DNA of 64,000 bases, taken from assembly GCA_001899235.1 (NCBI GenBank), contig MKVR01000052.1:98944-162943 (forward strand). The letters run 5' to 3'. Under the pieces are notes generated by a model that saw only the letters and a list, made by a program, of their open reading frames with translations, ran no database searches and was not told the origin of the DNA. Source of the DNA: Nitrosospira sp. 56-18. GTDB taxonomy: Bacteria > Pseudomonadota > Gammaproteobacteria > Burkholderiales > Nitrosomonadaceae. How positions within the stretch are numbered: the first letter of the stretch is position 1; each line of letters starts with the position of its first letter. Of the stretch, positions 38,827 to 49,107 are shown piece by piece. The translations under genes were made by a program, and so were the position numbers.

Positions 38827-39354
38827 TTATTTATAGTTCATTTGATGAACGATGGACAGTAATTTGTCCGCGTGATCGCGATGCGCTATCAGCGCTGGGC
38901 GCACTTTTGCCAGAAGCGACTTCAGGTCGATATTTTCCGCGCTTGGCATAAGCTTGCTGTCAACGGCATCGATTACCTCATTATGAAAGGAAAATTCGTC
39001 ATTAAGATACAGTTTGTCAAAATCCTCGCTGTTGAGTTTTTCCATCTCGTCCATGTGTCTTTTGGCATCGGATTTCATGGCTCTGCTAAGCGTCGATTCC
39101 TCGGGGGTTATTTTAAGCCTGGTCGCCAGATCCGTTGCCTGCTTGTTGACGTTGGTATGGTCGGCGATCATTCGATGGGCAAAAGCCTTGACTTCCGGGT
39201 TGGTGGATTTCGATTCGGCAAGCCTGCCGGCATCGATATCGATCTGGTTGGCGGTCACCACGATGGCGGCAATCTGGGCATCGGTAAGCTTATCAGCAGC
39301 GCTTGCCAGGGCAGGCGCCACTAAAGCTATAGTCAGAATCATTAAATTGTTCAT
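38827..39354 (-). CDS. DUF4142 family secreted protein
   Basis: Signal peptide; AN.IDI.AG.LA..KS..PEVK.FA.RMI.DH, FDK.YL..E...H pattern. Confidence 0.85.
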   Translation of the reverse strand: MNNLMILTIALVAPALASAADKLTDAQIAAIVVTANQIDIDAGRLAESKSTNPEVKAFAHRMIADHTNVNKQATDLATRLKITPEESTLSRAMKSDAKRHMDEMEKLNSEDFDKLYLNDEFSFHNEVIDAVDSKLMPSAENIDLKSLLAKVRPALIAHRDHADKLLSIVHQMNYK

Positions 39355-39990
39355 TCTGAGCTCCTTGATTTAAAAATTCGCTGCACCTCTTCATTCCGGG
39401 GTGTAGGCCATACTTGCACTCTTTTTTGAAAATCTTCTGTGCGATAACCTACACATCAGGTAGAAATATGAAGACGATCGTGGACTGCATAACACAACGG
39501 CATCAAACAGGTTGAATGTATTCCGCGGCTCCGGGCATCCGGCCCCTCCGCAATGCCGGTATATCAGCCGTTGTCAACACGCCTCAGCGATTTATAGGGA
39601 TCGAGCTATCTGCTGGTAGCGAGATTCTTTCGTTCTGCTCCCTCATCAATAATCTGAAGCAGCTGTAGCAAGCATTCATGCGGAAAAAATGCCAGGAGGT
39701 GCACGGATGCACGCTTTCGGCACTTATGCCCAAGACCTTATTGCCTATATCCACACCCTGGAAGTGCGCCTAAAAGCTCATCTTTAGGAAGCCTGGCACA
39801 GCATTTCCTGTCATTTTCCATGGGTAGATTCCGAACCGTGCCGTAAAGCCACACCCGCTGCGAGCCGGGGCCGGAAAATCCAGGATCTGCCGAAACTGCA
39901 GGACGAATTGAGCCAACTATTTCAGGCAGATAGCCGGAATACCAGCACATCATTGACACCCAACAACAAATCAGCTACTGGAGACCTGTT

Positions 39991-40665
39991 ATGAATCACA
40001 CCGTGCCAGTGCGGGGCTTGCTGCTTGCCCTTGCAGTGACTCTCTACCCGTCGATAGCAGGAGCAGCCCCTACTGTAACATCTTATTTATTCGAAGATAT
40101 TACGCATAGTAATGCTGGAGCCGAAGCCGATGGCGAAACAAATCTGAAGGTTGATGTAATAGATCTTGGCGGCAACCAAGTACGCTTCACCTTTACCAAC
40201 AATTCCAGTTCTTCCCTGGCGGACGTCTATTTTGATGACGGCGCGCTTCTTGGAATCGCATCCATCACCTCTTCAGCGGGAGTGAGCTTTTCACAAGGGG
40301 CTAGCCCCCCCAATCTTCCCGGGGGCAATTTGGTTAGCCCCGCTTTTGTCACAACCGCTGGCTTTCTCGCGGATTCCGATGCGCCTGTCCCCCATAATGG
40401 CGTTAGCATGGGTGAGTGGCTCGCCATCGATTTCACCCTGAAGCCAGGCCAGTCGTACAATAGCGTTATCAACGCGCTTGCATTGCCAAATCATGGCGGG
40501 GATGGAGATTTGCGCATTGGCCTGCACGTCCAGGCATACCCGGGGAATGCCAGCGAGAGCTATATCAACATAGCATCTCCTGTTCCCGAACCGGAAACCT
40601 ATGCGCTATTCATGGCGGGCCTGGGCCTGCTGGGTTTCATGAGGCGTCGCCGCAACGCTTCTTAA
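39991..40665 (+). CDS. PEP-CTERM protein
   Basis: Signal peptide; VPEPETYALFMAGLGLLGFMRRRR. Confidence 0.9.
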   Translation: MNHTVPVRGLLLALAVTLYPSIAGAAPTVTSYLFEDITHSNAGAEADGETNLKVDVIDLGGNQVRFTFTNNSSSSLADVYFDDGALLGIASITSSAGVSFSQGASPPNLPGGNLVSPAFVTTAGFLADSDAPVPHNGVSMGEWLAIDFTLKPGQSYNSVINALALPNHGGDGDLRIGLHVQAYPGNASESYINIASPVPEPETYALFMAGLGLLGFMRRRRNAS

Positions 40666-40909
40666 TAAGGCTGTCCTAACGGAGCGGAGGGGGAAAGGCA
40701 AAACCCCTCCGTACCTCGGTTTTCAGCGCCCTGGCATTTGCCGCCAGGCGAATCTCTAATATGGACTCACTCAACAGGCGGTTATAAGTCCTTAGCAGAT
40801 CACGCAGGCCACAGCCATTGCTTCCCACCGCGTTGACCGAAAGCGCGAATTCATGCTCTAATTGCGCCTCCCCAGCGGTTATTCCCGTTATTCACCGGGC
40901 TTGCCCAGC

Positions 40910-40984
40910 GGGCGGTTAACTCAGCGGTAGAGTGCCACCTTCACACGGTGGAAGCCACTGGTTCGATCCCAGTACCGCCCACCA
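40910..40984 (+). tRNA. tRNA-Val (CAC)
   Basis: GGGCGGTTAACTCAGCGGTAGAGTGCCACC-TTCACAC-GGTGG..GGTTCGATCCCAGTACCGCCCACCA. Confidence 0.96.
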
Positions 40985-41174
40985 AAAGATCATCCACAGA
41001 AGTCCAACGAAGGCCAGGAAACGTAATAAATACAACGTCCCTGGGCTTTTTATGCCCGAAGAAGATCAAGAAGATTCATTACAGACTCGTACGAGATGGG
41101 GGTAGAGTTGGAGTGTTCTCGCTTCTGGAAGATGGCCGGGTGAGTGAACAGCCAAAGCTATGGGAAGCGATTAC

Positions 41175-41210
41175 CCCCTCTCCCCTCCGGGGAGAGGGTT
41201 GGAGTGAGGG
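41175..41210. repeat. CCCTCTCCC..GGGAGAGGG REP-like palindrome
   Basis: CCCCTCTCCCCTCCGGGGAGAGGGTTGGAGTGAGGG. Confidence 0.65.
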
Positions 41211-41265
41211 AGCGGCCTCCGCCCTGTTTGATGTCACATCAAATAAATACTGCTGGCAAAAACTG

Positions 41266-43872
41266 CTACTCTCCGAATAATGTCACTTCCCCGTTCCTGC
41301 CATCGACTTCCACCAGATCCCCATCCTTGAGTCTGGCAAGGATGCCCGGCAGGTTGACCACCGCCGGAATGGCGAATTCGCGTGCAACGATGGCGCCATG
41401 CGACAGATAGCCGCCGGTTTCGACCACCAGTCCGCCCGCACTGAGAAAAAGCGGTGTCCATCCGGGGTCGGTAGAGCGGGCGACGAGAATATCGCCCGGC
41501 TGCAGCTTGTGGCCATCGGAGGGATGTTTCAGGATGCACGCCCGGCCCCTGGCGCAGCCTGTGCCGGTGGGTATACCCTTGTAACGTCGTGTGCGGCTTG
41601 CGCCCGCACAGGCTGCATCGCCGGCATCGCAAGCATTGGCGGCATTATCGACCGGTTGCCCTGCTGGCGCCTCGACCAGGATATCCGGCGGCGTTTCGCA
41701 CGACCATTGCGCAAACAGCCCGTTCCTCGCCGCCACGCGGGCTTTCAGTCCAGTTGCCGGGATACCTCCGTCAAGCGCGCGCAGGGTTTCTGAAAGCATG
41801 AGCTGGAAAATATCCCCCTCTTGCGCCAGCGCCCCCTGCCGGACCAGATAGCGCCCGGCAGCCAGCAAGGCTTGCCGTTCCGGTTCCATATAGGCAACCA
41901 GGGCACTGCGGGCGGCCTCGCGCTGGTTGCATTCTTCGCGTGCCGTTCTCGCCAGATGCAGGATAAATGCGCGCTTCCAGAACGGAACTCCTTTCCGGAT
42001 CCGCGCTATCGCCTCTTCCGAAGCGGACCGCTGGCGAGTCTGCATTGCGGCCTCATCGACCTCGGCCAGTTGCGCCAGCAACGAATCCAGATGTTCCGGT
42101 GCTTCCCGCCAGCGTGGATTGCGAAAATAGGTTTCGTATATTCCGCGATGGCCGTAGCGCTCCAGGAATTCATCGCAAGCACGCCGGAATTCCTGATTTT
42201 TCCCATGGTCAGTATTTACTTCGGAATCAAGGTGCCTGTCGCTGCACCCATGCCCATGCGTGGCGTGCCGCCGTAAATGTGCCAAAGCCATCAGTTCATA
42301 GCCCTGGCGCGCGGTAACGCTCGGCTCGCCGCCGGCCAGCAGGGCGGCTGCCAGCGCATGGCCTTCGCCGGAAAAGCATTTATCCAGATGTTCCACCAGC
42401 ATGGACAAGGCCGCGCCGCTCGATCCCTGCAGGAAAAACAGATCCACCGCCCCCCTGCCCGCATGAAACCGGCGCATGATCTCGGCCTTCAAGCCCGCTG
42501 CGTCCTCAGGAAGCGGCTGCATTCGCCACTGCGCTGCCTGGGACATTGCCCGCTGGACGGCTTGCATCCCCTTGCGGCGGCGCGCTGGCGAACGCAGCAT
42601 ATAACGCATCAATCTCAGCAAGCGCGCCAGCCGGCCGCTAACCGTTTGCGGCGGTATTGCAATCTCCGGCTGCTGGCCTCCGACCAGCGCATTCACCGCT
42701 TTGGGAGGCACGCCTAGTGCATCGAAACATTCCCACTGCAGCAGGGAAAGCTCCAGGTAAAGCCGCCCCCCGAAAAGACCGGCCCGCTGCGCGCCTGGCA
42801 GCACCGGGTATTCCGCCATCGTGTATCCCTGTGTAAGCAGCCCATTGACCAGCTTGCGCGAATTGCTCCAGTCGATCGCCGACAATGGGTCCGGCACCAC
42901 CTCGCAAGTGTTTCCACGCGTCCAGTAAGCGGGCTGGTCCCGCAGCGCGGCATAGGTGTAGCGGGGCCTTGCCGTGACCGGCCGCGCCTGGGTCAGCCAG
43001 AACCGGGTTCCATCCCAGACCCACTCCACATCATGGAAAGGCTGGCTGAAATCCAGCGCCACCGCGGCGTCATGCGCCAGTTCGGCCAATTGCGCGGCCT
43101 GGAGAGGGGAAAGCACAAAACTCTCTGCTTCAGCCGCCGAGGTGGCGACCATTTCCGTTCCACCCTCCGGCCTGGCGATGGCCTTGATCAGCTTGCCACC
43201 CTTGTTCTGCTTCAGCAGCGCCCAGCGGTCGTCGAGTGCATCTTGCGCAAATATATATTCATCTCCGGCCGCCTGTCCGCCGACCAGCGACTCGCCCAAA
43301 CCCCATTGGGCATGGATGACGATCCTGTCGTCACGGCCGCTAGCCGGATCGCAGGTGAAGGCAATACCGGAAGCTATTGCCGGCAGCAGCGGCATGACGA
43401 TCACCGCCATTGCCGGCGCCGCGCCGGGCTGGTCCGGATTCAGCTTGCGACGATACGCCACCGCGGCGGGAGAATGCAGCGAGGCATATACTTCGGAAAT
43501 CGCCTTCCGAAGCTGGTCGAACCCGTGCACATTCAGGCAGGAACGGTAAATCCCGGCAAATGAAGCCCTGGTGGAGTCCTCGCCCAAGGCGGAAGAACGC
43601 ACAGCCAACGGCTGGTCCAGCCAGCCGCGGGAAGCCAGCGCCTGGCGCAACGCTTCCATCCTTTCCACTGGAATCTCGCCCGCCATGCTTTCGCCTTTCG
43701 CGCCACCCTGAGATGCACCTTGAGAAAGAGCCATCGCCTTGATCACCAGCCCGTCGGGCACGGGCAGGCCCAGTTGCCATAGCCGAGCCAGTTGCCGGGC
43801 CTTGCCGCCAACTGCTGCAGCGTCGACCTTCAACACGCCAGCCCAGTCGAGCATCTCGCTGGAAATAATCAT
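41266..43872 (-). CDS. PEP-utilizer/PPDK_N phosphotransferase (rifampin phosphotransferase-like architecture)
   Basis: N-terminal GGKA..L, AVRSSALGED..SFAG ATP-grasp; long helical middle; C-terminal TDPGWTPLF..GGYLSHGAIVAREF.IPAV phospho-His domain. Confidence 0.85.
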   Translation of the reverse strand: MIISSEMLDWAGVLKVDAAAVGGKARQLARLWQLGLPVPDGLVIKAMALSQGASQGGAKGESMAGEIPVERMEALRQALASRGWLDQPLAVRSSALGEDSTRASFAGIYRSCLNVHGFDQLRKAISEVYASLHSPAAVAYRRKLNPDQPGAAPAMAVIVMPLLPAIASGIAFTCDPASGRDDRIVIHAQWGLGESLVGGQAAGDEYIFAQDALDDRWALLKQNKGGKLIKAIARPEGGTEMVATSAAEAESFVLSPLQAAQLAELAHDAAVALDFSQPFHDVEWVWDGTRFWLTQARPVTARPRYTYAALRDQPAYWTRGNTCEVVPDPLSAIDWSNSRKLVNGLLTQGYTMAEYPVLPGAQRAGLFGGRLYLELSLLQWECFDALGVPPKAVNALVGGQQPEIAIPPQTVSGRLARLLRLMRYMLRSPARRRKGMQAVQRAMSQAAQWRMQPLPEDAAGLKAEIMRRFHAGRGAVDLFFLQGSSGAALSMLVEHLDKCFSGEGHALAAALLAGGEPSVTARQGYELMALAHLRRHATHGHGCSDRHLDSEVNTDHGKNQEFRRACDEFLERYGHRGIYETYFRNPRWREAPEHLDSLLAQLAEVDEAAMQTRQRSASEEAIARIRKGVPFWKRAFILHLARTAREECNQREAARSALVAYMEPERQALLAAGRYLVRQGALAQEGDIFQLMLSETLRALDGGIPATGLKARVAARNGLFAQWSCETPPDILVEAPAGQPVDNAANACDAGDAACAGASRTRRYKGIPTGTGCARGRACILKHPSDGHKLQPGDILVARSTDPGWTPLFLSAGGLVVETGGYLSHGAIVAREFAIPAVVNLPGILARLKDGDLVEVDGRNGEVTLFGE

Positions 43873-43876
43873 TCTC

Positions 43877-44500
43877 CTACCTTGGCTTCAGCCCGAGCAG
43901 GAACAGATCGAGCATTTGCGAAAATTCCTCCCTCAGCGAGAGATTCTCATGCAGCAGCCAGCGCAGCAGTGCCGCGAGGTAGAGAAATTCCAGGTAACTG
44001 GCCAATATGGCGGGCTCTTGTATGGCGCGGAATTCTCCCGCTGTCTGCCCTTTAACGATGAAACGGCCAAAGATGTTTTCCAGGCCGCTGCGCGCGCTGA
44101 TATCCAGCTTGCGCGGTTCACTCAACCGGAACTGTATATAAGGCAACAGATATTTGCGATGCGCTTGCGCCCAGTCGGCGCTGCGTTCCAGGAAAACCCG
44201 CAGCTGATCTGCGTAAGCCGGCAGAGGGCCAATCTCAGCCAGGATTGCAGGGGAATTCTTTTCCAGTTCACGATGGAAGCGGTGCCGCAATAACGCCTCC
44301 TTTGCGGGGAAGTACTTGTAGAGCGTACCTTTCGCCACATCGGCAGCCTCGGCAATGCATTCCATGGTCACCGCCGCATAACCCTCGCGTTCGAATAGCT
44401 CCCATGCCGTATCAGCCAGGGTGTCGAGCAGTTTGAGGCGCTTGCGCTCGCGGCGGCCGGCCTCGCCCGTTTCAAGGCTCCGTAAAGCAGTTTCATCCAT
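43877..44500 (-). CDS. TetR family transcriptional regulator
   Basis: LF.REGY.AVTME.IAEAADVAKGTLYKYFP.KE HTH. Confidence 0.93.
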   Translation of the reverse strand: MDETALRSLETGEAGRRERKRLKLLDTLADTAWELFEREGYAAVTMECIAEAADVAKGTLYKYFPAKEALLRHRFHRELEKNSPAILAEIGPLPAYADQLRVFLERSADWAQAHRKYLLPYIQFRLSEPRKLDISARSGLENIFGRFIVKGQTAGEFRAIQEPAILASYLEFLYLAALLRWLLHENLSLREEFSQMLDLFLLGLKPR

Positions 44501-44544
44501 GTTTCTTCCCCCGACCGCTCAGATCGCCACTAATTAGAATTAAT

Positions 44545-44574
44545 TATACATCGTTAATTATTATACGTTGTATA
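44545..44574. promoter_or_regulatory. Candidate TetR operator
   Basis: TATACATCG-N12-CGTTGTATA imperfect inverted repeat in an AT-rich region upstream of tetR. Confidence 0.45.
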
Positions 44575-44719
44575 TTATTATGGCGCAGGGGATTTTGCTA
44601 TCTGCAAGAAGCTGGTGATAAATTACGGGGATTTGAAAGAGAAGGCTACGCTAACTCATGGATCTGCCCGAACGTAGAACAAGCTTCGGAAATCTCCATA
44701 ACCAAAAATGCTATTCGTA

Positions 44720-45058
44720 TCACGCACCGATAATTTCATTCAGCCCCTCGATTATTGGAGCAAGCTGTTCGGGAGAGACTTTCCCCGTTTTCTTTCCGAT
44801 ACGTTCGACGGCCAGTGTCCTGATCTGGCTGATCTTGACCCATGACCTCTTCGTCCCTTCAGCACTTTCCAATTCAAATGTTAGCGGAAACCCTGCTCGC
44901 TGAGCTTGGGTGGTTAGCGCCACGGCAATAACAATGCCCGAACGCTCATTGAAGATATCCTGGCTAAGAATAAGCACAGGCCTTAGCCCTGCCTGTTCCC
45001 GGCCACGCACGGGATTCAGGTCGGCCCAGCGAATCTCGCCTCTCAATATTCGGGCCAT
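44720..45058 (-). CDS. mazF: MazF/PemK family toxin
   Basis: [37 protein letters not shown]. Confidence 0.9.
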   Translation of the reverse strand: MARILRGEIRWADLNPVRGREQAGLRPVLILSQDIFNERSGIVIAVALTTQAQRAGFPLTFELESAEGTKRSWVKISQIRTLAVERIGKKTGKVSPEQLAPIIEGLNEIIGA

Positions 45059-45285
45059 GCCGCCAGGTCCTCGGAAAGACCCTCCTCGGCGAGCTTCCGT
45101 TCGAAAACCGGGTCCAGCTTGGCGCATTCCGTCGCGAGACGATTTTTCTCAAGGCGTTCAAGCTTCTCTTCCATCGCTTCCTGAATAGCTCGGCTGCGGT
45201 TTGGAAAAACATGCAGGCCGATCAGGCGGTCCACTTTCTCCAGGGTTTCTTCTTCAAGGGTAATAGCTATCTTGGCCTTGCTCAT
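45043..45285 (-). CDS. Ribbon-helix-helix (CopG-like) antitoxin
   Basis: KIAITL.E..L.KVD.L....NRS.AIQEA; overlaps toxin start. Confidence 0.88.
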   Translation of the reverse strand: MSKAKIAITLEEETLEKVDRLIGLHVFPNRSRAIQEAMEEKLERLEKNRLATECAKLDPVFERKLAEEGLSEDLAAWPEY

Positions 45286-45302
45286 GGCACCACTCCAAAA
45301 AA

Positions 45303-45321
45303 GTATGATGATATATCATAC
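45303..45321. promoter_or_regulatory. Candidate TA autoregulatory operator
   Basis: Perfect GTATGAT-N5-ATCATAC palindrome just upstream of the antitoxin ATG. Confidence 0.6.
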
Positions 45322-45411
45322 CTAATGTTGATTGGGAATGAAACTGGAGCACCCCTCTCTGTCGTCGGGTTACACTATGCCGGTCGCCCTATTCGGACGA
45401 TTCAAATCAGA

Positions 45412-45488
45412 GTAGGTCAGATTAGCGCAGCGTAATCTGACAATGACACCATGGCTGTGTCGGGTTACGCTGCGCTAACCCGACCTAC
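45412..45488. repeat. GTAG-family REP doublet (second REP type)
   Basis: GTAGGTCAGATTAGCGCAGCGTAATCTGAC and inverted GTCGGGTTACGCTGCGCTAACCCGACCTAC. Confidence 0.8.
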
Positions 45489-45502
45489 CCGGCCTCCCCG
45501 GC

Positions 45503-45874
45503 TTATTTATCGCCAAGGATCAAGTCTCTCAATGCCACCGCATTGTTGTGCTCTTCGTCGTGTGCCGAATACACCAGGGTGATCGTGCCTTCGCGCGCCA
45601 GGGCGCGAAGCTGCTCCAGTTGATCCGCATGCTCATCCACCTCTTTGGCATAGCGCTCGCGAAACTCCTTCCAGCGATCGGGGTCGTGGCCGAACCAATG
45701 GCGCAATTCGGTGCTGGGGGAAAGATCCTTCATCCACTGGTCGATGGCAGCATCCTCCTTCTTCACCCCGCGCGGCCATAGCCGATCCACCAATATGCGG
45801 ACGCCATCCCCGGCTTCCGGTTGCTCATAAGCGCGTTTCAGCTTCACGTTTCCTGCTTTTATCGCAGTACTCAT
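45503..45874 (-). CDS. DUF488 (YeaO-like) protein
   Basis: KRAYE....DG.RILVDRLWPRGV.KE, PSTELR.WFGHDP. Confidence 0.92.
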   Translation of the reverse strand: MSTAIKAGNVKLKRAYEQPEAGDGVRILVDRLWPRGVKKEDAAIDQWMKDLSPSTELRHWFGHDPDRWKEFRERYAKEVDEHADQLEQLRALAREGTITLVYSAHDEEHNNAVALRDLILGDK

Positions 45875-45951
45875 GGTCTGGCTCCAGGTTGTTGAATAAT
45901 CGGATGCTGTGCTCGAGGTAACTTCCTTGCGAAAATGCTATCTTAACTCTT

Positions 45952-48900
45952 ATGAACCCCCCTTTTCATCCCGCTTTTGCGCTGGATCACCTCCGGGATG
46001 AGACAGCGTGCGTGGATGCATTGCTCGCCGCTATTGAATGGGATGGCGGCCGCGCCGGGCGGATTCGCCTTCAGGCGGAAGAATTCATCCGCTATATGCG
46101 CAACCATAAGCATGGGCTGGGCGATATCGAAACAGTGCTCGCGCAATATCCGCTGGATAGTCCGGAAGGTCTGGCACTCATGACCCTGGCTGAGGCCCTG
46201 CTGCGGATACCCGATGCCGCCACCGCGGATGTGCTGATCGCGGAAAAAGTTGCCGCGGCGAAGTGGAAAACGAGAGGCAAGGCGGGCGGCATGTTGAGGT
46301 TGGCGGGGATCGGCATGCGTCTGGCACGGCGGGTGTTGAAGGATACGCCCGGCGATTTCGAGCGCGCCCTGATCCGCAAGGGCATGGAAGAAGCAATCGG
46401 TCGCATCGGGCAGCAATTCGTGCTGGGCGAAGATGTCGCCGGCGCGCTTTGTTCCGGAAAAAAATGGGAACGCCGGGAATACCGCCTGTCTTACGACATG
46501 CTGGGCGAAGGGGCGCGCACCGCTGCGGATAGCGACAGGTATTTCGAAAGGTACCTGGAGGCGGCGGAAAGCATCGGCGCGGCAAAGGATACCAAGGCAA
46601 ACCCAGGCATATCGGTCAAGCTGTCTGCGCTTCACCCGCGTTACATGTGGACTCAACGGGACCGGTGCGTGCCGGAGATCGTGGAGCGGCTGGGCCAACT
46701 CTGCCGCAAGGCTGCGGCATATGATATTTCGCTGACGGTCGATGCCGAAGAGGCGGACCGGCTGGAAATATCCTGGGAGATCATTTCCGCCGTCGCCATG
46801 CTGCCGGACCTGAGGGAGTGGAATGGCTTCGGGCTTGCCATACAGGCCTATGACAAGCGCTGTTTCCGGCTGATCGACGCCATAGGCAATCTGGCCGCCG
46901 AGGCCGGGCGGAAGATGCGGGTGCGCCTGGTGAAAGGCGCCTACTGGGATACGGAAATCAAGCGTGCCCAGGTTGCGGGGCTGCCCGACTACTCCGTCTT
47001 TACACGCAAGGCCAACACGGATCTCTCCTATCTGGCGGCGGCGCAGAAGCTCCTGGCGCTGCGCGACCGCATCCACCCGATGTTCGGCACGCATAACGCC
47101 CTCACCGTCGCTGCCGTGCTGGATATGGCGAGTGTTGGGGGAAATCGGGCGGGAAATGACGAAAAGGCATGGGACTTCGAATTCCAGCGTCTGCACGGCA
47201 TGGGTGAAGCGCTGCATGAAAAGGTGCTGGCCGACTGCGGCGTTCCTGTCACCATTTATGCACCGGTGGGCCGATATGAGGACCTGCTGCCCTACCTGAT
47301 CCGCCGCATGCTGGAAAATGGCGCAAACACCTCTTTCGTGCATCAGATCGGCGAAAGCAGGGATACAGCCGGACAGGCCATGGCGTTTACAGCACTGGAA
47401 GATCCGGTAAAAAAAGCGGCCACAGCTTACCCGCGCCGCAACTCCCGGATTCCCTTGCCCAGGGATCTGTATGGGACGATGCGCAGGAATTCGGCGGGAA
47501 TCGATTTTTCTGTGGAAACGGCAAGAACCGGTTTTCTGGCTCGGATCCCACCCTCCCCTTCATGGCGCAATCTCGCGGTGGCGCCTCTCATCAACGGAAA
47601 AACCCGGCATCGGGAACATCCCGGCGAGACCGGGCACGAGCACCTTAGCCCCTGCGATACGCGGGAAACAATCGCACAGGTATGGAATTCCGAACCGGAC
47701 GATATCGAGGCGGCGTTTGCGGCAGTGCGCGAAGGATGCGGAATCTGGCGGGCAACGCCTGCCGTGGAACGCGCTGCGGCATTGCGCCGCGCGGCAGACC
47801 TGATCGAACGCGATGGGCCGCACCTCGCGGGGTTGCTGCAATATGAAGGCGGGAAAACGCTGCTCGATGCCTTCAGTGAAGTGCGCGAAGCCGCCGACTT
47901 CTGCCGGTACTATGCCGCCGAAGGCGAGCGCCTGTTCGAAGAAGCGGGGCTGGCCCTGCCAGGTCCCGCGGGCGAAAAGAATCGCCTGGTGATGGAGGCG
48001 CGCGGTACGTTCGCATGCATCAGCCCGTGGAATTTTCCCCTGGCGATTTTTCTAGGCCAGATCGCCGCCGCCCTGATGGCGGGGAACAGCGTCATTGCAA
48101 AACCTGCCGAGCAGACCCCGGTGATCGCCTTCGTGGCGGTGCGCCTGCTGCTGGAAGCCGGCATTCCGCCCGCCGCCATTGCGCTGCTGCCGGGAAACGG
48201 GCATGTCGGCGCGGCACTCATCGCCCACGCCGGAGTGGATGGCGTGGCGTTCACCGGCTCGGTGGAAGTGGCGCGCCTCATCAATCGGGCGCTGGCGGCA
48301 AAAGACGGCCCCATCGTTCCCTTTATCGCTGAGACTGGCGGCCAGAATGCCATGCTGGTGGATTCGAGCGCCCTGCCGGAACAGGTCGCGGATGACGTGA
48401 TGCTCAGTGCTTTCGGCTCGGCCGGGCAGCGCTGTTCCGCCCTGCGCGTGCTTTATGTCCAGGAAGAAATCGCCGGCCGGGTGATGGAGCTGTTGCGCGG
48501 CGCATTGCAGGAACTGCGCATCGGAGACCCGCGCCGGATCTCGACCGACATCGGCCCGGTTATCGATGCCGCCGCCCTCGAATCGCTCGCCCGCCATGTG
48601 GAGCGGCTCAAAGGCTTCGGCAGGCTGATCGGGCAGGCGCCCCTGCCCGCGGGACCAGGGCTGGCGGGATGGTATATCGCACCGGCAGCGTATGAAATAG
48701 ACAGCATTTCCCGCCTCCCCGGAGAAGTGTTCGGCCCCATCCTGCACGTCATCCGCTATGCGGCCAAAGACCGTGTCCGCATCATCCGGGAGGTCAATGG
48801 AACCGGATACGGCCTCACCTGCGGAATCCACAGCCGCCTGCAGCAGGAAGCCGCAAAAATGGCGCAGCAGGTGGAAACAGGCAACGTCTATATCAATCGC

Positions 48901-49074
48901 AGCATGATTGGCGCCGTGGTCGGCGTTCAGCCGTTCGGAGGCCGGGGTCTTTCGGGAACCGGACCCAAAGCGGGCGGACCCCATTACCTGCAACGCTTTG
49001 CCAATGAAAAAACCATAACGGTCAATACCGCCGCCGTGGGGGGGGATGTCACGCTGCTGAATACATCTGCATGA
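45952..49074 (+). CDS. putA: Bifunctional proline dehydrogenase / P5C dehydrogenase PutA (no N-terminal RHH)
   Basis: SYDMLGEGART, RLVKGAYWD, RRMLENGANTSF, ISPWNFPLAIF, ETGGQN, SAGQRCSALR. Confidence 0.96.
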   Translation: MNPPFHPAFALDHLRDETACVDALLAAIEWDGGRAGRIRLQAEEFIRYMRNHKHGLGDIETVLAQYPLDSPEGLALMTLAEALLRIPDAATADVLIAEKVAAAKWKTRGKAGGMLRLAGIGMRLARRVLKDTPGDFERALIRKGMEEAIGRIGQQFVLGEDVAGALCSGKKWERREYRLSYDMLGEGARTAADSDRYFERYLEAAESIGAAKDTKANPGISVKLSALHPRYMWTQRDRCVPEIVERLGQLCRKAAAYDISLTVDAEEADRLEISWEIISAVAMLPDLREWNGFGLAIQAYDKRCFRLIDAIGNLAAEAGRKMRVRLVKGAYWDTEIKRAQVAGLPDYSVFTRKANTDLSYLAAAQKLLALRDRIHPMFGTHNALTVAAVLDMASVGGNRAGNDEKAWDFEFQRLHGMGEALHEKVLADCGVPVTIYAPVGRYEDLLPYLIRRMLENGANTSFVHQIGESRDTAGQAMAFTALEDPVKKAATAYPRRNSRIPLPRDLYGTMRRNSAGIDFSVETARTGFLARIPPSPSWRNLAVAPLINGKTRHREHPGETGHEHLSPCDTRETIAQVWNSEPDDIEAAFAAVREGCGIWRATPAVERAAALRRAADLIERDGPHLAGLLQYEGGKTLLDAFSEVREAADFCRYYAAEGERLFEEAGLALPGPAGEKNRLVMEARGTFACISPWNFPLAIFLGQIAAALMAGNSVIAKPAEQTPVIAFVAVRLLLEAGIPPAAIALLPGNGHVGAALIAHAGVDGVAFTGSVEVARLINRALAAKDGPIVPFIAETGGQNAMLVDSSALPEQVADDVMLSAFGSAGQRCSALRVLYVQEEIAGRVMELLRGALQELRIGDPRRISTDIGPVIDAAALESLARHVERLKGFGRLIGQAPLPAGPGLAGWYIAPAAYEIDSISRLPGEVFGPILHVIRYAAKDRVRIIREVNGTGYGLTCGIHSRLQQEAAKMAQQVETGNVYINRSMIGAVVGVQPFGGRGLSGTGPKAGGPHYLQRFANEKTITVNTAAVGGDVTLLNTSA

Positions 49075-49107
49075 TAAAAAGTGAAAAGAGTACGAAAAAT
49101 GTGTCTG

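Noticed and set aside
39440-39475. Partial match (TCATATTTCTAC, minus strand) to the sRNA upstream box near the DUF4142 gene
   Set aside because: One base shorter, with no TATAGT at the matching spacing and no hairpin/terminator unit; may be chance or a lone binding site.
39790-39810. Sigma54-like promoter (TGGCAC-N5-TTCC) upstream of the PEP-CTERM gene
   Set aside because: The invariant -12 GC is missing; no convincing sigma54 site found before the other PEP-CTERM genes either.
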